64,000 nt of DNA from Eledone cirrhosa (GCA_964016885.1 OZ024757.1:38192001-38256000); one strand, 5' to 3'. Positions 1 through 13,729 are shown, numbered from the stretch's first letter. Translations and numbers: made by a program. The notes: generated by a model not told the origin, from the letters alone.

Positions 1-1278
1 ACGCAACCCGTCGGTGAGGCGGTTCCGCCGCCGACCCGTAGGGTTGCGAGTAGGCGTCGGGGAATCCGGCCGCTCACGGCGTTTATTTCATGATAGTTCC
101 TTGTTTAATTACTAACAAACTTTTGATTATTTGTGTTGTTGTTGTTGTTATATTGTGTGTTTGCTTTCATTTACCGAAAAAAAAAGTGACTGGCAAAATG
201 TTTCAAGAAAGTATCGCACCCTCCTCCACTATTACACAACTAAATTCCCACCAAAACAGACAATCAGACAAAAAGATATTCTTAAAGAAAATATCAACTG
301 TTGGAAAAAATAAAGATGTTTTCTCTGTTTTCTCTTTTTTAAGAAGCATGTTCGGAGTATTAACGTCATAATTACGCGCATCCTACAACACACATTGATA
401 CTACTTCAACACACAACCACATACACATATACACATGTGTATATACACACACACACTGAAGCACTTGTTGCTAGACAAAATTAAAAAAATATAATAAAAA
501 TGAAAATGACAACAATGTGAGCCGTTCTCATACTGTCGGTTTTGAACACTCTTTTCTTTGAACATTTTGGTTTCAGAAGAAAATAAAATAATGTCTAGCG
601 ATTTGGTTTGATATCGGCAAAAAATAAAAACAAGGTAAACCAGAGAGAAAAAACTTGTATGAATGGAGACATTTCTTTGCTAAAATTTGATGACGCAAAC
701 GAACGCTTTTAAACGAACACTTTTAAATATGGACATAACTTGATATGGAAAAAAATACTGCATAGACAGAAAATAACGACAGCATATCTTAGAATCAAAA
801 CACTGATTGTACCACTGGATTTCGATTTAAAGACAACTCCTTTCCCTATTCTAGAAATCGACAAAGATAGCCCCTCCGTATTGTGTATCTACTCAGAAGT
901 CTAACAACGACACAAGTGTATATAAAAAATTGAGTCGAAGAGTTTATAAAGAAACTCTTACAAAACTTTTTATAAATAAACTCTTATAAAACTTTACCAG
1001 AAACCCATGATCGGTGTGTGCTCAATATCCCATCTAAAGTTTAATACCACCAAATGAGGTAAAGTTAGATGGCATAGTACAACTCGAAGATATATGACGG
1101 TATGTTACTTGCCTTAAAGCATGTAAAACCTTGACTGATATTTAACATTACACAGTTCACTAGAAGGAATCAGAGCAACTCCTCTCCATACCGACAAACA
1201 TAAAGCCGATATAAACTTATATCGTATATATAGTGTATATACTTTTATATATACGTCGGTTTCTTAGCAAACATCTAA

Positions 1279-1492
1279 GGTAGATTGGCAGTAACGGTGG
1301 AGCGTCGAACAATATTCTTTGTGACATAGGATTACGTCCCTTTACGATCTGAGTTCAAATCCTGCCGAGGTGAGCTTTGCCTTTCATCCTTACGGGGTCG
1401 ATAAAATAAAGCACCAGTAATACACTGGTGTCGATTTAAGCGACTTTCTCCTGCATCCAAATTGATGGCCTTGTGCCTAAAGTAGAAACAAT
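1279..1492 (+). mobile_element. tRNA-derived SINE, long subfamily
   Basis: Head TGGCAGTAACGGTGG (A-box-like), GAGTTCAAATCC (B-box), core GCCTTTCATCCTTACGGGGTCGATAAAATAAAG, extra GTCGATTTAAGCGAC segment, tail GGCCTTGTGCCTAAAGTAGAAACAAT. Confidence 0.9.
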
Positions 1493-2036
1493 ATATAACA
1501 AAATGGCTTTGTTTAGATTTGAACTCAAGGTACCAAAACAATGATCTGTAGTATTAACGGATGAAAACTCTATTCTAGAATGTATGACAAAGACTCAGCT
1601 TTCACGCAAAACAGCGCAACATCTGTTTAAGTTTAGAGAATCTGTTTACATTGCAAGAAAACTTCTTACATGTACAAATCTTGGACGAAAATAACACATA
1701 AATAACGGAACACAACAGAAATGAGAATGTGACAAATCTTAAAAGAGCTGCACAGTGAAGAAATCTTTGTGGTGTATTTTATGGTAACATCTCATGATTT
1801 CCGCTGATATATTTCTTTCCTCGTATCATCTTTTGATTTTTCCTTGTTCTTTTGCTTTTATTGCGTCTTCTTCTATCAAGAAACGTTATTTGAAATCTGA
1901 GAAGAAATTAGAATAAATTACTTCACAAATGGACTTGTGAAGTTCGTTTAATCTCCCCCTACCTCTCTCTATCTCCTCCTCTTTCCTTCTTCCCACTCCC
2001 TCACCCTTTACCAGTCTTTCTCCTTCTGGTCTCTCT

Positions 2037-2045
2037 GTATGTATG

Positions 2046-2120
<75 letters not shown>

Positions 2121-2192
2121 ATGTGTGTGTATGTTTTTATATATATATATATATATATACTTACACACATATATATATATATATATACTTAC

Positions 2193-2232
<40 letters not shown>

Positions 2233-2286
2233 TTATATATATATATATATATATACTTACATATGTATATATATATATATACTTAC

Positions 2287-2329
<43 letters not shown>

Positions 2330-2530
2330 CATATGTATATATATAATTACATATGTATGTATATAATTACATATGTATGTATATAATTACATATGTATGT
2401 ATATATATATATATATATATATACTTACATATATATATATAAGAGATCATATACTTTGGTATATATATATATATATATGTAAGTATATATATATATATAT
2501 ACCAACATATATATATATATATATACCAAA
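2037..2530. repeat. (TA)n/(TATG)n compound microsatellite
   Basis: Direct inspection. Confidence 0.97.
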
Positions 2531-2992
2531 GTATATGATCTCAGAGTTTAACTCCTTTGATTCCCAGTTTAGAAAGATCTTGGAGCCAAATCACTGAATC
2601 CCAATAGATCAGTGTAGAGTAAGGTCAGGTATATAGTAAGGTTTCTTAAATTACTGTATTAAGTACTTCCTTTGTTGACCTTCACGTCATTGGGTGTAGA
2701 ACTTAGAAAAAATTGCGTTATTTTGTTAAAAACTTTGCTCGAGGTAAAACAACCGATGTCTTGTTATAGACACGCGGATAAACTGCAAACTGCACTCCCA
2801 ATCAATAACAAAAGATAGAAACTTTGAAGATGTATCGAATTATTGGTTATTGCTTATTTCCTTCAACTAACCCCGCTGTTACTTTGATAACCGATGTTCA
2901 AAAGTCCGTACAATGTTGTTTGAAACATTCTTAGAAAGAGAAAATATTTTTGTTGAGAAATTCATTTCCAGGTACCTGTTTGGCTTTGTGCG

Positions 2993-3452
<460 letters not shown>

Positions 3453-3619
3453 AATTGTTTCTACTTTTGGCACAAGGCCAGCAATTACCCAGTGCATTAC
3501 TGGTACTTTATTTTATCGACCCCGTAAGGATGAAAGTCAAAGTTAACCTCGGCGGGATTTGAACTCAGAATGGAAAGGGCCGTAACTCTGTGCGTCAAAG
3601 CATGGCGTCCGACTCTCTA
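3453..3619 (-). mobile_element. tRNA-derived SINE, short subfamily (5' end clipped)
   Basis: Reverse complement of the family consensus: GGATTTGAACTC B-box, CGACCCCGTAAGGATGAAAG core, TTGTTTCTACTTTTGGCACAAGGCC tail. Confidence 0.92.
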
Positions 3620-3687
3620 TTTGTATATATAATGTGTATGTATATGTATATACCTATATATATATAATGTGTGTGTATGTATATACC

Positions 3688-3719
<32 letters not shown>

Positions 3720-3881
3720 ATGTGTGTGTATGCATATATATACATATATGGGTGTATGTATATACGCCTGTGTGTATGTATATATATATGTGTGTATGTA
3801 TATATGCCTATATGTATATATATATGAATGTGTATGTATGCATGCATGTATGTGTGCCTGTACACACACACACACATGTCC

Positions 3882-3931
<50 letters not shown>

Positions 3932-3933
<2 letters not shown>

Positions 3934-4002
3934 GAAGATTAACGTGGTTGGCTGTACAATAAGGGGCTTTATTTCAGGTATTGACAATTGTTTCATTGAT
4001 CA
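3932..4002 (-). mobile_element. Penelope-like terminal-repeat fragment with 3' half of a hammerhead
   Basis: Minus strand GAAAC-AATT-GTC-aatac...AAATAAA between two (TA)n tracts; homologous to 40900-40966. Confidence 0.6.
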
Positions 4003-4419
4003 TATATATTTATGTACGTGCATATATATATATGTATGTGTGTATATATATATATGTATATATATATACATATATATGATGTATATATATGTATGTGTGT
4101 ATATATATATGTGTATATATATATATACATATATATGATGTATATGTATGTAAATATATATATATATAGCTCCTTTACAACAATAACAATGACCACTACT
4201 ACAAACATCATCACGAACAACACCAACACGCAATGCACTCAATGAACGCTTTGTATATCCAAGAAATATCTACACACACGTTTTATTCTTAGAAATATTC
4301 CACATATTATCGCTACTGAAACTTTTTCCCGTCATGTGTGCAAATCGTTCAAATTTAATCAAAGATTACAAACGTTATATCTAGAAATCAAGACAGTGAG
4401 CTGCTCAACATTACCAGAC

Positions 4420-4705
4420 TTAGACCAATTACATCAATTGTCAAGTCAAGAGTACTGAAACTATACAGCCATATAAAAAGATCAACTCGTGATGTGAATA
4501 GGTTATGCCTGGAAGAAATGTTGGCTGGTAGCACAAGCAGAGGCCAGCAGCCAAAGTGATGGCTTGACAATGTCAATTTATGGACTGGACTTGACTTGAT
4601 CTTTGCTATTTAAACTCTGTTGCTGGTGATCGAACTTTGTGGAGAGAGATATCACATGTTAATGCGCAGTCTGCAACCGACGGAGTTTAGCGTCACAGGA
4701 AGAAG
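4420..4705 (+). mobile_element. degenerate RTE-clade LINE 3' end
   Basis: Translates to EEMLAGSTSRGQQPK*WLDNVNLWTGLDL...AGDRTLWREISHV, matching the RTE C-terminal G.R.RGR...RWLD...W motif; contains stops. Confidence 0.7.
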
Positions 4706-4874
4706 ACTACATAAACTATAGCTCATACCTGATGAGATTGTGAAAATGGTTTCTGTAATCATCTTCACAGCTATTGTCGTTTGTTTCACCGTGTCACCTC
4801 TAGCACAACATCATTTCGATGGTCGTCAAATACACATAGCGTAATGAGGCTGTTTGCTTGCAAACGAATCGAAT

Positions 4875-5382
4875 TGGATTGGCATCATCGGTAGAGGTTC
4901 GGACACAATGCTTGTAAGCATAGTTACGTCCCTTTACGTTCTGAGTTCATATCCAGTTGAGGTAAACTTTGCCATTCATCCGCACGGGCTCGATAAAATA
5001 AAGTACTAGTAATGTACTGGGGTAATTGCAGGCCTTGTGCCAAAAGTAGAAACAATTATTATATGATATAAGGAGCGGTAGATTGGCAGTATCAGTGGAG
5101 GGTTGGATGCCATACTTTACATCATAGTGTTCCGACCCTTTACGATCTGAGTTCAAATCCCGCCGATGTTCACATTGCCGTTCATCCTTAAGAGTTCGAT
5201 AAAATAAAGTACCAGTAATACACTGGGTAATTTCTGGCCTTGTGCCAAAAGTAGAAACAATTATTATTTGTAAATCCCGCCGAGGTTAACTTTGCCGTTC
5301 ATCCTTCCGGGGTCGATAGAATAAAGTACCAGTAATGCACTGGGTAATTGCTGGCCTTGTGCCAAAAGCAGAAACAATTATT
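4875..5382 (+). mobile_element. three tandem SINE copies (4875-5060, 5074-5266, 3' part 5272-5382)
   Basis: Each shows the core CATCC...GTCGATA.AATAAAGTAC and tail GGCCTTGTGCCAAAAG.AGAAACAATTATT; the first two also have the head and B-box. Confidence 0.92.
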
Positions 5383-5699
5383 TGTCATAAAACTAATAAT
5401 AAAGTACTGAGACTTTATTATTAGTGATATTCTTCACAGAAATATTTTCCACCATGTTTTTACTCATTCAATAGAAGTTTATATATAGTGTTTTCACTTG
5501 AATATATAGTGTGCCATTGTTATATAACATGTGAGGTTTCATTTCCACGTACATGTTTGTGTGTTTGTATATATATATAGATATATATGTGTGTGTCTGT
5601 ATATATATCTAAATGTGTGTGTGTCTATGTATATATATGAGTGTGTGTATATATATGTGTATGTATATATATATATCTTTGAATGTGTGTACTTATATG

Positions 5700-5870
5700 T
5701 ACCATGGGCCCAGCACTATGTGTCAATAATTGTCACAAGTGTAGTCTTTGTACCAGAGTTTTCAAGTCGCTGGCTGGACTAAAAAGTCACACTTGTTCAG
5801 CGCATCGGTAGGGGTTCTCCTACATGGATATAAAGTAGTGGCCGTACTCGAAAACGAGTTGGCAGCCACC
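5700..5870 (+). mobile_element. RTE-type LINE extreme 3' end with C-terminal zinc-finger remnant
   Basis: 5740-5811 translates [23 protein letters not shown]; followed by the short hairpin ACTCG-AAAA-CGAGT; embedded in TA/TG repeats. Confidence 0.6.
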
Positions 5871-5986
5871 ATATATATATATATGTACATATATATATGT
5901 ATATATATATGTATATATATATGTACATATATATATGTATATTTACATATATATATATATATGTATATATATATATGTATATTTAC

Positions 5987-6021
<35 letters not shown>

Positions 6022-6026
6022 TTTAC

Positions 6027-6061
<35 letters not shown>

Positions 6062-6066
6062 TTTAC

Positions 6067-6101
<35 letters not shown>

Positions 6102-6138
6102 TTTACATATATATATGTATATATATATCTATATTTAC

Positions 6139-6187
<49 letters not shown>

Positions 6188-6191
6188 CATG

Positions 6192-6239
<48 letters not shown>

Positions 6240-6390
6240 AATATAATACACCCATCAAATATTTCAATCTTAAAGATAGATGCAATATTTCGTTCGTGTC
6301 TCTTTTAATTACAGTTTGCATCCAATATATACATTAATATACAATGATTTCATATATATAACACGAACACACACACACATATATATATAC

Positions 6391-6585
6391 ATAGGAAAAT
6401 GTATGACCCCGACGGCAAAGCTCAATGTCCCGGACGGCTATTTCTGGAGTCCAGAAATAGCCGACGAAACGGCTTGAGCTCTGCCGTCGGGGTCATACAT
6501 TTTCGTATTATCCACTCTACTACCCTAAGTATTGAGTACTCTGGTGCGTTATGGTCCATCTGGTTCCTTATCACATCTCCTTCGT

Positions 6586-6587
<2 letters not shown>
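6391..6587. mobile_element. fold-back element (palindrome 6391-6508 plus 3' extension), family A
   Basis: GAAAATGTATGACCCCGACGGCA.AGCTCAA is inverted as TTGAGCTCTGCCGTCGGGGTCATACATTTTC; central 13-bp stem GGCTATTTCTGGA-G-TCCAGAAATAGCC; homologues at 24546-24743 and 32578-32769. Confidence 0.85.
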
Positions 6588-6617
<30 letters not shown>

Positions 6618-6767
6618 TAGCACAACCTCTCATAGTTATATATATGCATATATATGATGATGACACAAATATTCTTATCTATCTATCTATCTATCTATAT
6701 ATTTATATGTTGAAATATTTCATTGAACAACTTCTTCGTATATCCACATATGATTATATGTATATAT

Positions 6768-6828
6768 AATAAAGTACGAGTAATGCACTGGGTAATTGCT
6801 GGCCTTGTGCCTAAAATAGAAACAATTA
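6768..6828 (+). mobile_element. SINE 3' fragment
   Basis: AATAAAGTACGAGTAATGCACTGGGTAATTGCTGGCCTTGTGCCTAAAATAGAAACAATT. Confidence 0.85.
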
Positions 6829-7047
6829 TATGTATATATATGTATGTGAGTATGTGTATGCATATATGTACACAAACACACACACAATTACTCCATATGG
6901 TATACACTTTTCTCAACATATATGTGTATATATATATGTGTATACATATATATATAGTGTATGTAGTAAGGTGAAATACTGGCACATGTAAACGTAACTT
7001 CCTCATTTTTTCTATTATATATATATATATATATAAATATATATATC

Positions 7048-7390
7048 AAGTAAAAAAAAAAGATTCAGTGTTGCGACGCAAGGAATTTATTGGATATATT
7101 ACAATTGTTTCTCTGGCGACCAGCTCGAAGCACGATCGGTGTGGTGATCAAACCTGACTCTGAAATCTCGTGGTCTTCCGATACGTCTCGATTCTACGAA
7201 GCAGATTTTTTTTATCACCACATCGATGGTGCCTCGATCTGGTCCGCAGAGAAACAATTGTAATATGTCCAATAAATTACTTTCGTCGCAACACTGATTC
7301 TCTTTTTTCTGTGATATCATACTCTGCTCTACGAGGGCATTGAGTGCTCATATGGCCTACCGCATACGGACGCTTTCAGCATCCAACACC

Positions 7391-7393
<3 letters not shown>
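7048..7393. mobile_element. fold-back element with ~95-bp inverted arms and degenerate hammerhead
   Basis: Arms about 7056-7152 and 7211-7308; right arm has GAAAC-AATT-GTA (7251-7262) and AATAAA (7271); (TA)n on both sides. Confidence 0.8.
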
Positions 7394-7426
<33 letters not shown>

Positions 7427-7428
<2 letters not shown>

Positions 7429-7657
7429 AAGGCGGGTAAAATTCCCGAGATCCATGGACGAGTTCTCTCCAGCGGTCTCTGTCCCTCATTATCGCTGCCA
7501 TATCCTGCATCTCCAACAAACCAGTGTCTGTCCTCAGGGCATCAACATATGTTAACCTTGGTCTTCCTCTTCTAGTGTGTCCATGTAGGGGCTCCCAAAG
7601 GAGCACTGAGTGCAATGTCAACTCTGGATGTCGGTGAGCATGCCCAGCCAACCTCAG
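7427..7657 (-). mobile_element. RTE-clade LINE 3' end (5'-truncated)
   Basis: QRRLRLAGHAHRHPELTLHSVLLWEPLHGHTRRGRPRLTYVDALRTDTG...MRDRDRWRELV is a typical RTE RT C-terminus; flanked by TA repeats. Confidence 0.9.
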
Positions 7658-7719
7658 TCTTCTCTGTATATATATGGCCTCAGCCGGATGGCTGGAACAG
7701 GGAAAAGAGTACAAGAGTA

Positions 7720-7759
<40 letters not shown>

Positions 7760-8179
7760 CATTGTGTGTGTGTTTCCATACACGTGCTGTTCTCATGAAT
7801 GTACACCAGTGTAGAATGGAGGTATATTTTCTAGCTAGCAACATTAATCGTGACTTCTCCTTTGTTGCTTCAATGTAGATTTTTGATTTACATTACGTTA
7901 GTGTCTAATGGCGTCTTTGTTCGAGTGAATTCCCATGTTACAAAATATTCTATATTGCATAATGGTGATTGCTTGCATTCGTTGACCAGCCCCTTTCAAT
8001 AATAATAAAACCAAACTCAGTAAGCAGAAGTAGCACTCTATAATTTACGTCTCTGATTCGTTGTTAGATAAAATGAGCACAAACAGTCTCTCATGGATAT
8101 TTGGAAGTTTAAAAGCTATGTTGGGCAAGCAATTGAATTGATCACAACACCTATGATACAAGATGACAATGCAACAAGA

Positions 8180-8204
8180 CAAACATACATACACATATAT
8201 ATAC

Positions 8205-8256
<52 letters not shown>

Positions 8257-8655
8257 GTATGTATATACATATCTATGTTTAGTTTTACAGATATATGTAT
8301 GTATATACAGATATATGTATGTATATACAGATATATGTATGTATATACAGATATATGTATGTATATACAGATATATATATATGTATGTATATACAGATAT
8401 ATGTATGTAAATTACATATATATGTTTGTATATATATATACATATATATGTACGTTTGTATATGTATATACATATATATGTATGTTTGTATATACATATA
8501 TATGTATGTTTGTATATATATACATATGTATGTGTATATACATATGTATGTGTATATACATATGTATGTTTGTATGTATATATATATACGTATATATGTA
8601 TGAATGTATACATATGTATGTTTGTATTTATATATATATACGTATATATGTATGA

Positions 8656-8699
<44 letters not shown>

Positions 8700-8800
8700 C
8701 ATATACGTGTATGTTTGTATATATATATATACATACAACATATCTATGAATGTATGTATCTATATATATATACATATGTGTATGTATGTATCTATATACA

Positions 8801-8838
<38 letters not shown>

Positions 8839-8920
8839 TACATACATACATATATATACATTTATATGTATGTATATAAACACACACACACACACAAATA
8901 TATATATGTGTGTATGTAAG

Positions 8921-8951
<31 letters not shown>

Positions 8952-8975
8952 ATGTAAGTATATATATATATATAT
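8180..8975. repeat. (TA)n/(TATG)n/(TATACAGATATATGTATG)n compound repeat
   Basis: Direct inspection. Confidence 0.95.
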
Positions 8976-9247
8976 CAATATTACAAAACAATTAAAAAAT
9001 GACGTAAATACAGGTACGCAGACACATCAAAGCTTAACACTCAACATTGAACCCGACTCTCTGATACCGGGACACCAATCAAAGATCAAACCAAAGCTGT
9101 TAACATTGCGTGTTCAGATTACTCGCCATTTTAATTCCTTGATCTTCATATTTTACTTACTATTATTATATGAAATAGACGGATCACCACGTTTGTACTT
9201 ATGCCTTCACACGTGTAAAATTGTTTTACCTTCACTTAACTACTACT

Positions 9248-9810
9248 TCTCTCTCTGTCGCTCGCTCTCCCTCTGTCGCTCGCTCCCCCTCTGTCGCTCG
9301 CTCTCGCTCTGTCGCTCGCTCTCTCTCTGTCGCTCTCTCTCGCTCGTTCGCTCGCTCTCTGTCGCTCGCTCTCTCTCTGTCACTCGCTCGCTCTCTCGCT
9401 CGCTCGCTCGCTCTCTCTCTCTCGCTCGCTCTCTCTCACGCTCTCTCTCTCGCACGCTCTCCCTCTGTCGCTCTCTCTCACTCGCTCTCGCTCTCTCTCA
9501 CTCTCACTCTCGCTCTCTCTCACTCTCGCTCTCTCGCGCTCACTCTCCCTCGCTCTCTCTCACTCTCGCTCACTCTCCCTCGCTCTCTCTCACTCTCGCT
9601 CTCTCTCTCACTCTCGCTCTCTCTCACTCTCGCTCTCTCTCTCACTCTCGCTCTCTCGCTCTCTCGCTCTCACTCTCACTCTCTCGCTCTCTCACTCTCG
9701 CTCTCTCGCTCTCACTCTCGCTCTCTCGCTCTCTCTCTCGCCCTCTCTCTCTCTCTCGTTCGTTCTCTCTCTCACTCTCTCTCTTTCTCTCTCTTTCTCT
9801 CTCTCTCTCT
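9248..9810. repeat. (CT)n/(CTCG)n/(CTCA)n pyrimidine-rich repeat
   Basis: Direct inspection; source of the SL-rich ORFs. Confidence 0.95.
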
Positions 9811-10144
9811 ATATATATATATCCATCTCTCTATATATACACATATATATATGTACCATCTATCTGTCTATATATGTACCATCTATCTATCTATATATAC
9901 CAATCTATCTATCCATATATATGTATACACACACATATATATTCATCTATATATATATATTGTGCGAATGTGAATGCTGTTCTGTGATTGTATTTGTATA
10001 TATATATATATATATATATATGTATTTTGTGTGGTTTTGTGTATATACATGTATTTTGTGTGTATGTGTGTATATGCATATACTGGCATCTCTATTTCTC
10101 TTTCTATCTCTCTTGATCACTCTTGCATTGTATCTCTTAATACA

Positions 10145-10199
<55 letters not shown>

Positions 10200-10202
<3 letters not shown>

Positions 10203-10295
10203 AAGAATCGTACACGTATATATATATATATATATATATGTTAAGAATCGTACACGTATATATATATATATATATATATGTTAAGAAGCGTACAC

Positions 10296-10338
<43 letters not shown>

Positions 10339-10459
10339 AAGAAGCGTACACGTATATATATATATATATATATGTTAAGAAGCGTACACGTATATATATA
10401 TATATATATATATGTTAAGAATCGTACACGTATATATATATATGTTAAGAATCGTACAC

Positions 10460-10494
<35 letters not shown>

Positions 10495-10510
10495 AAGAAG
10501 CGTACACGTA
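10200..10510. repeat. minisatellite: 8 x GTTAAGAA(T/G)CGTACACG separated by variable (TA)n
   Basis: Copies at about 10200, 10240, 10280, 10336, 10374, 10414, 10444, 10492. Confidence 0.95.
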
Positions 10511-11599
10511 TATATATATATAAAATGGTTTTAGTATATATATATATATATATATATATATCAATGGTGATTATCTCTAGTGCGCTGTTCGCTATAATCT
10601 TATCGAAGCGAATAATGTGTTGTACGAAGCCAGAGTAAGAATTGGCGATATATAAAACATGTCCTTTGTTCGGCCTAAGACTTAGAAGCAGAACACAATA
10701 TATCTTTCCACAAGTACGCCTTCGTACTCAGCTACCGCCTGCTTATATACTAACGCAGAAAACCACCCACATATTTATATGGATATGTGTGTATATGTAT
10801 TGTGTATCGGTATATGTGTCTATATAGATAGATATTGATATATATATATGTATATATATATGTGTGTGTGTGTAAATGTGAGAGAGATGTGTATATATAT
10901 ATATATAAATGTGAGAGAGAGGTAAATATATACATATAGATATATCTATATATAGAGAGATATAATCATAAGCAACTATATAATATAGATATACATGTAT
11001 TGAGTATTACCGTGGCTAGAGATGTTCATTTTTTCTACCGATATGTAACTATGATATACAATATTCTTCTTCCTCTCTTGGTTCCCTTCGGTTATTTGAC
11101 CACACACAGATTTATACTTTTTATGTCAATGGTTGTTAGGAAAGAATTAGATTTATCTGAGTAACATACACGACCTATCAATAAAATACACACACACACA
11201 CACATTTACACAGACACATATACACAACCTTGTATATTTAATGGAAAACTTCCATATTCCGTCAACCCAATATAAAAGGCATGCAGATGCAAAACACACA
11301 CACACACTTCAGTCAGTTCATAAGACGACTTTAGGATAAATAATTACAACAGGGACATATACACGATGTACAGGTACTTAAGGTTCGTTGGGCTCTGGAC
11401 CGCAACTCATTCAGCTTGTCATAGGACAAATATAAATATATATAAATATATGGGAAGTCATATATTCATATATTCTCATATGAAATTATATATCTCATAT
11501 GAAATTATATATCTCATAAAATATATATATATATATATGTTGACAATCTTTTAATATTGTCTTCCTTGTGAAATTTGTGGTCTTGTTTTGCTTAACTAA

Positions 11600-11638
<39 letters not shown>

Positions 11639-11640
<2 letters not shown>

Positions 11641-11815
11641 AAAGTGATATATTTGATATATCTCATATGAAATGAGACAGTAAATTTTCCACACAATACA
11701 AGTCGTTAGCACCCCGAACGTTTAATTAGGAATATACTCAGGTATTTCATAATGTTTGGTGAGTGAGTTGGAATTTGGCCGGAGTATCGCTATTAGCTTT
11801 CTACCTTTATGTATT
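11639..11815 (+). mobile_element. dispersed repeat family B
   Basis: ATATCTCATATGAAAT...GTTAGCACC..GAACGTTTAATTAGGAATATACTCA...GAGTTGGAA.TTGG.CGGAGTATCGCTA; other copies at 14263-14425 (-), 14835-14983 (+), 25165-25232 (+). Confidence 0.8.
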
Positions 11816-12090
11816 TATACACACACACACACATATATATATATATAGAGAAAGAGAGAGAGAATAAGAAAGTGCAGTATGTAGTTGCAGACGTTAAAGT
11901 CTGTTATTGGTAAGGTTGTGTGATACATATATCAAGGGCGACAGTGGCCACCCGATTCTGCATAACCAGTGCCACGATCCCATCATACAGCTTCATTACA
12001 TAATAAGGTTACTGTCTCGTGGCAATCCACAATAAAACAAATGAACGGACAAAGGCCATGATTTTGAAGCCTTCACCCGTTCGCTTGAGA

Positions 12091-12143
<53 letters not shown>

Positions 12144-12265
12144 TAATAATAGTAATATAAATGTGAAGACTAAAATCCGAAGAGGGCTCGATTATATATA
12201 TATATATATATATATATAAATATATATGAAACACCGTATAGCAAGTATTTATTAAATTAAGTTTT

Positions 12266-12327
12266 AGAAGATCCCGTTAAGAGTGAAAGCAGCGATTATT
12301 TGCTTAAACTTTAATCTGTTATTTTAA
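12266..12327 (+). mobile_element. dispersed repeat family C fragment
   Basis: AGAAGATCCCGTTAA..GTGAAAGCAGCGATT.TTTGCTTAAACTTTAATCTGTT also at 22003-22087 (+) and 39886-39948 (-), always abutting (TA)n. Confidence 0.8.
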
Positions 12328-12364
12328 TATATATATATATATATACATATGTATATATATATAT

Positions 12365-12560
12365 GAGAAAATGAGGTGGTTTTTTTTTCAAAATAAAAAA
12401 AATCGAGGTGTCCTACTCGAGTGAAAGTTTAAGAAAAAAGATGAAATCCAAAATGCAACTGGAGTCTTTTTAAGAATATGTATTGGTTTCCTTTACCGGT
12501 TTCACAATTCTTATGCTTTCCAAAAGTAGAATTGAGATGGAGGGTTTGTGGATTTTCTCA
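12365..12560 (-). mobile_element. repeat family D with hammerhead 3' half
   Basis: Minus strand GAAA-CCGG-TA (12494-12503); homologous to 14478-14643. Confidence 0.7.
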
Positions 12561-12577
12561 CATCTCACACACACACG

Positions 12578-12622
<45 letters not shown>

Positions 12623-12939
12623 TAAAACAATATAAGTGGTCAATTGTTTTACAACATCAACATCAATATATTTGAGATGAATTTCTGAATATATTGACCA
12701 TTGGTAAATATTGCTTATGAATCCAGTGGCTACCTAGAAGTACTGCACCTTCCTCTCCGCGTTTATCTTCGGGTCGCAGTTATATTCGTGTTCTTGTGTT
12801 ACTTTATAGAATTTCAGAACGATGGTGCATTGTAATCCCAGAGGACAACATGGCGAATGTGTTACTATGTTCCTACATCGTAAAGAGCAAATAGGATGCA
12901 GTACATGAGTCATGTAAACATTATATATATATATGTCTT

Positions 12940-12980
<41 letters not shown>

Positions 12981-13161
12981 ATGTGCATGTATGTATTTGT
13001 GTATATGTGTGTATATATTTATATGTATACATATATAATGTGTGTATATATTTATATGTATACATATATTATGTGTGTATATACATATATATATGTGTGT
13101 GTGTATACATATAACTATGGTTATGTGTGTATATATATTCCTATATATATATATAAAGGTA

Positions 13162-13210
<49 letters not shown>

Positions 13211-13677
13211 ACATATAACTATGGTTATGTATGTATATATATTCCTATAAAGGTATGCATATATATATATATATATATACATATAACTATGGTTATGTAT
13301 GTATATATATTTATATATATATATAAAGGTATGCATATATATATATATATATATACACGTATATTTAAAATGCTAAACCTAGAGTAAACATGGTGAAAAT
13401 ACGAAAAGATTGTATTAAATGAGATTATATAGGAAGCCCATACTGATGGATCATTGAGGCATTACTGCTGGATACAGTGGAAAGATAATTAGCTTTGTTA
13501 AAGCCAAAGTTGTCTTGGTAAGGCATAGAGGCGATACATCAAATTACGCATGAAATGTGGAAATGAGGCAATACTATCTAGCTTTGCATGGATTTCTTGG
13601 TAATGGGATTGGAAATATGCATGAAATTATATGTATTATATGTGGTTATATGTGCATGTGTATGTAATGTGTATTTA

Positions 13678-13718
<41 letters not shown>

Positions 13719-13729
13719 TATGCATATAT

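Noticed and set aside
8944-9987. SR/SL-rich ORFs here and at 56350-56892
   Set aside because: CT-repeat translations, not SR proteins.
10200-10510. CRISPR-like array
   Set aside because: Spacers are only (TA)n, the repeat is 17 bp, there are no cas genes and the context is eukaryotic.
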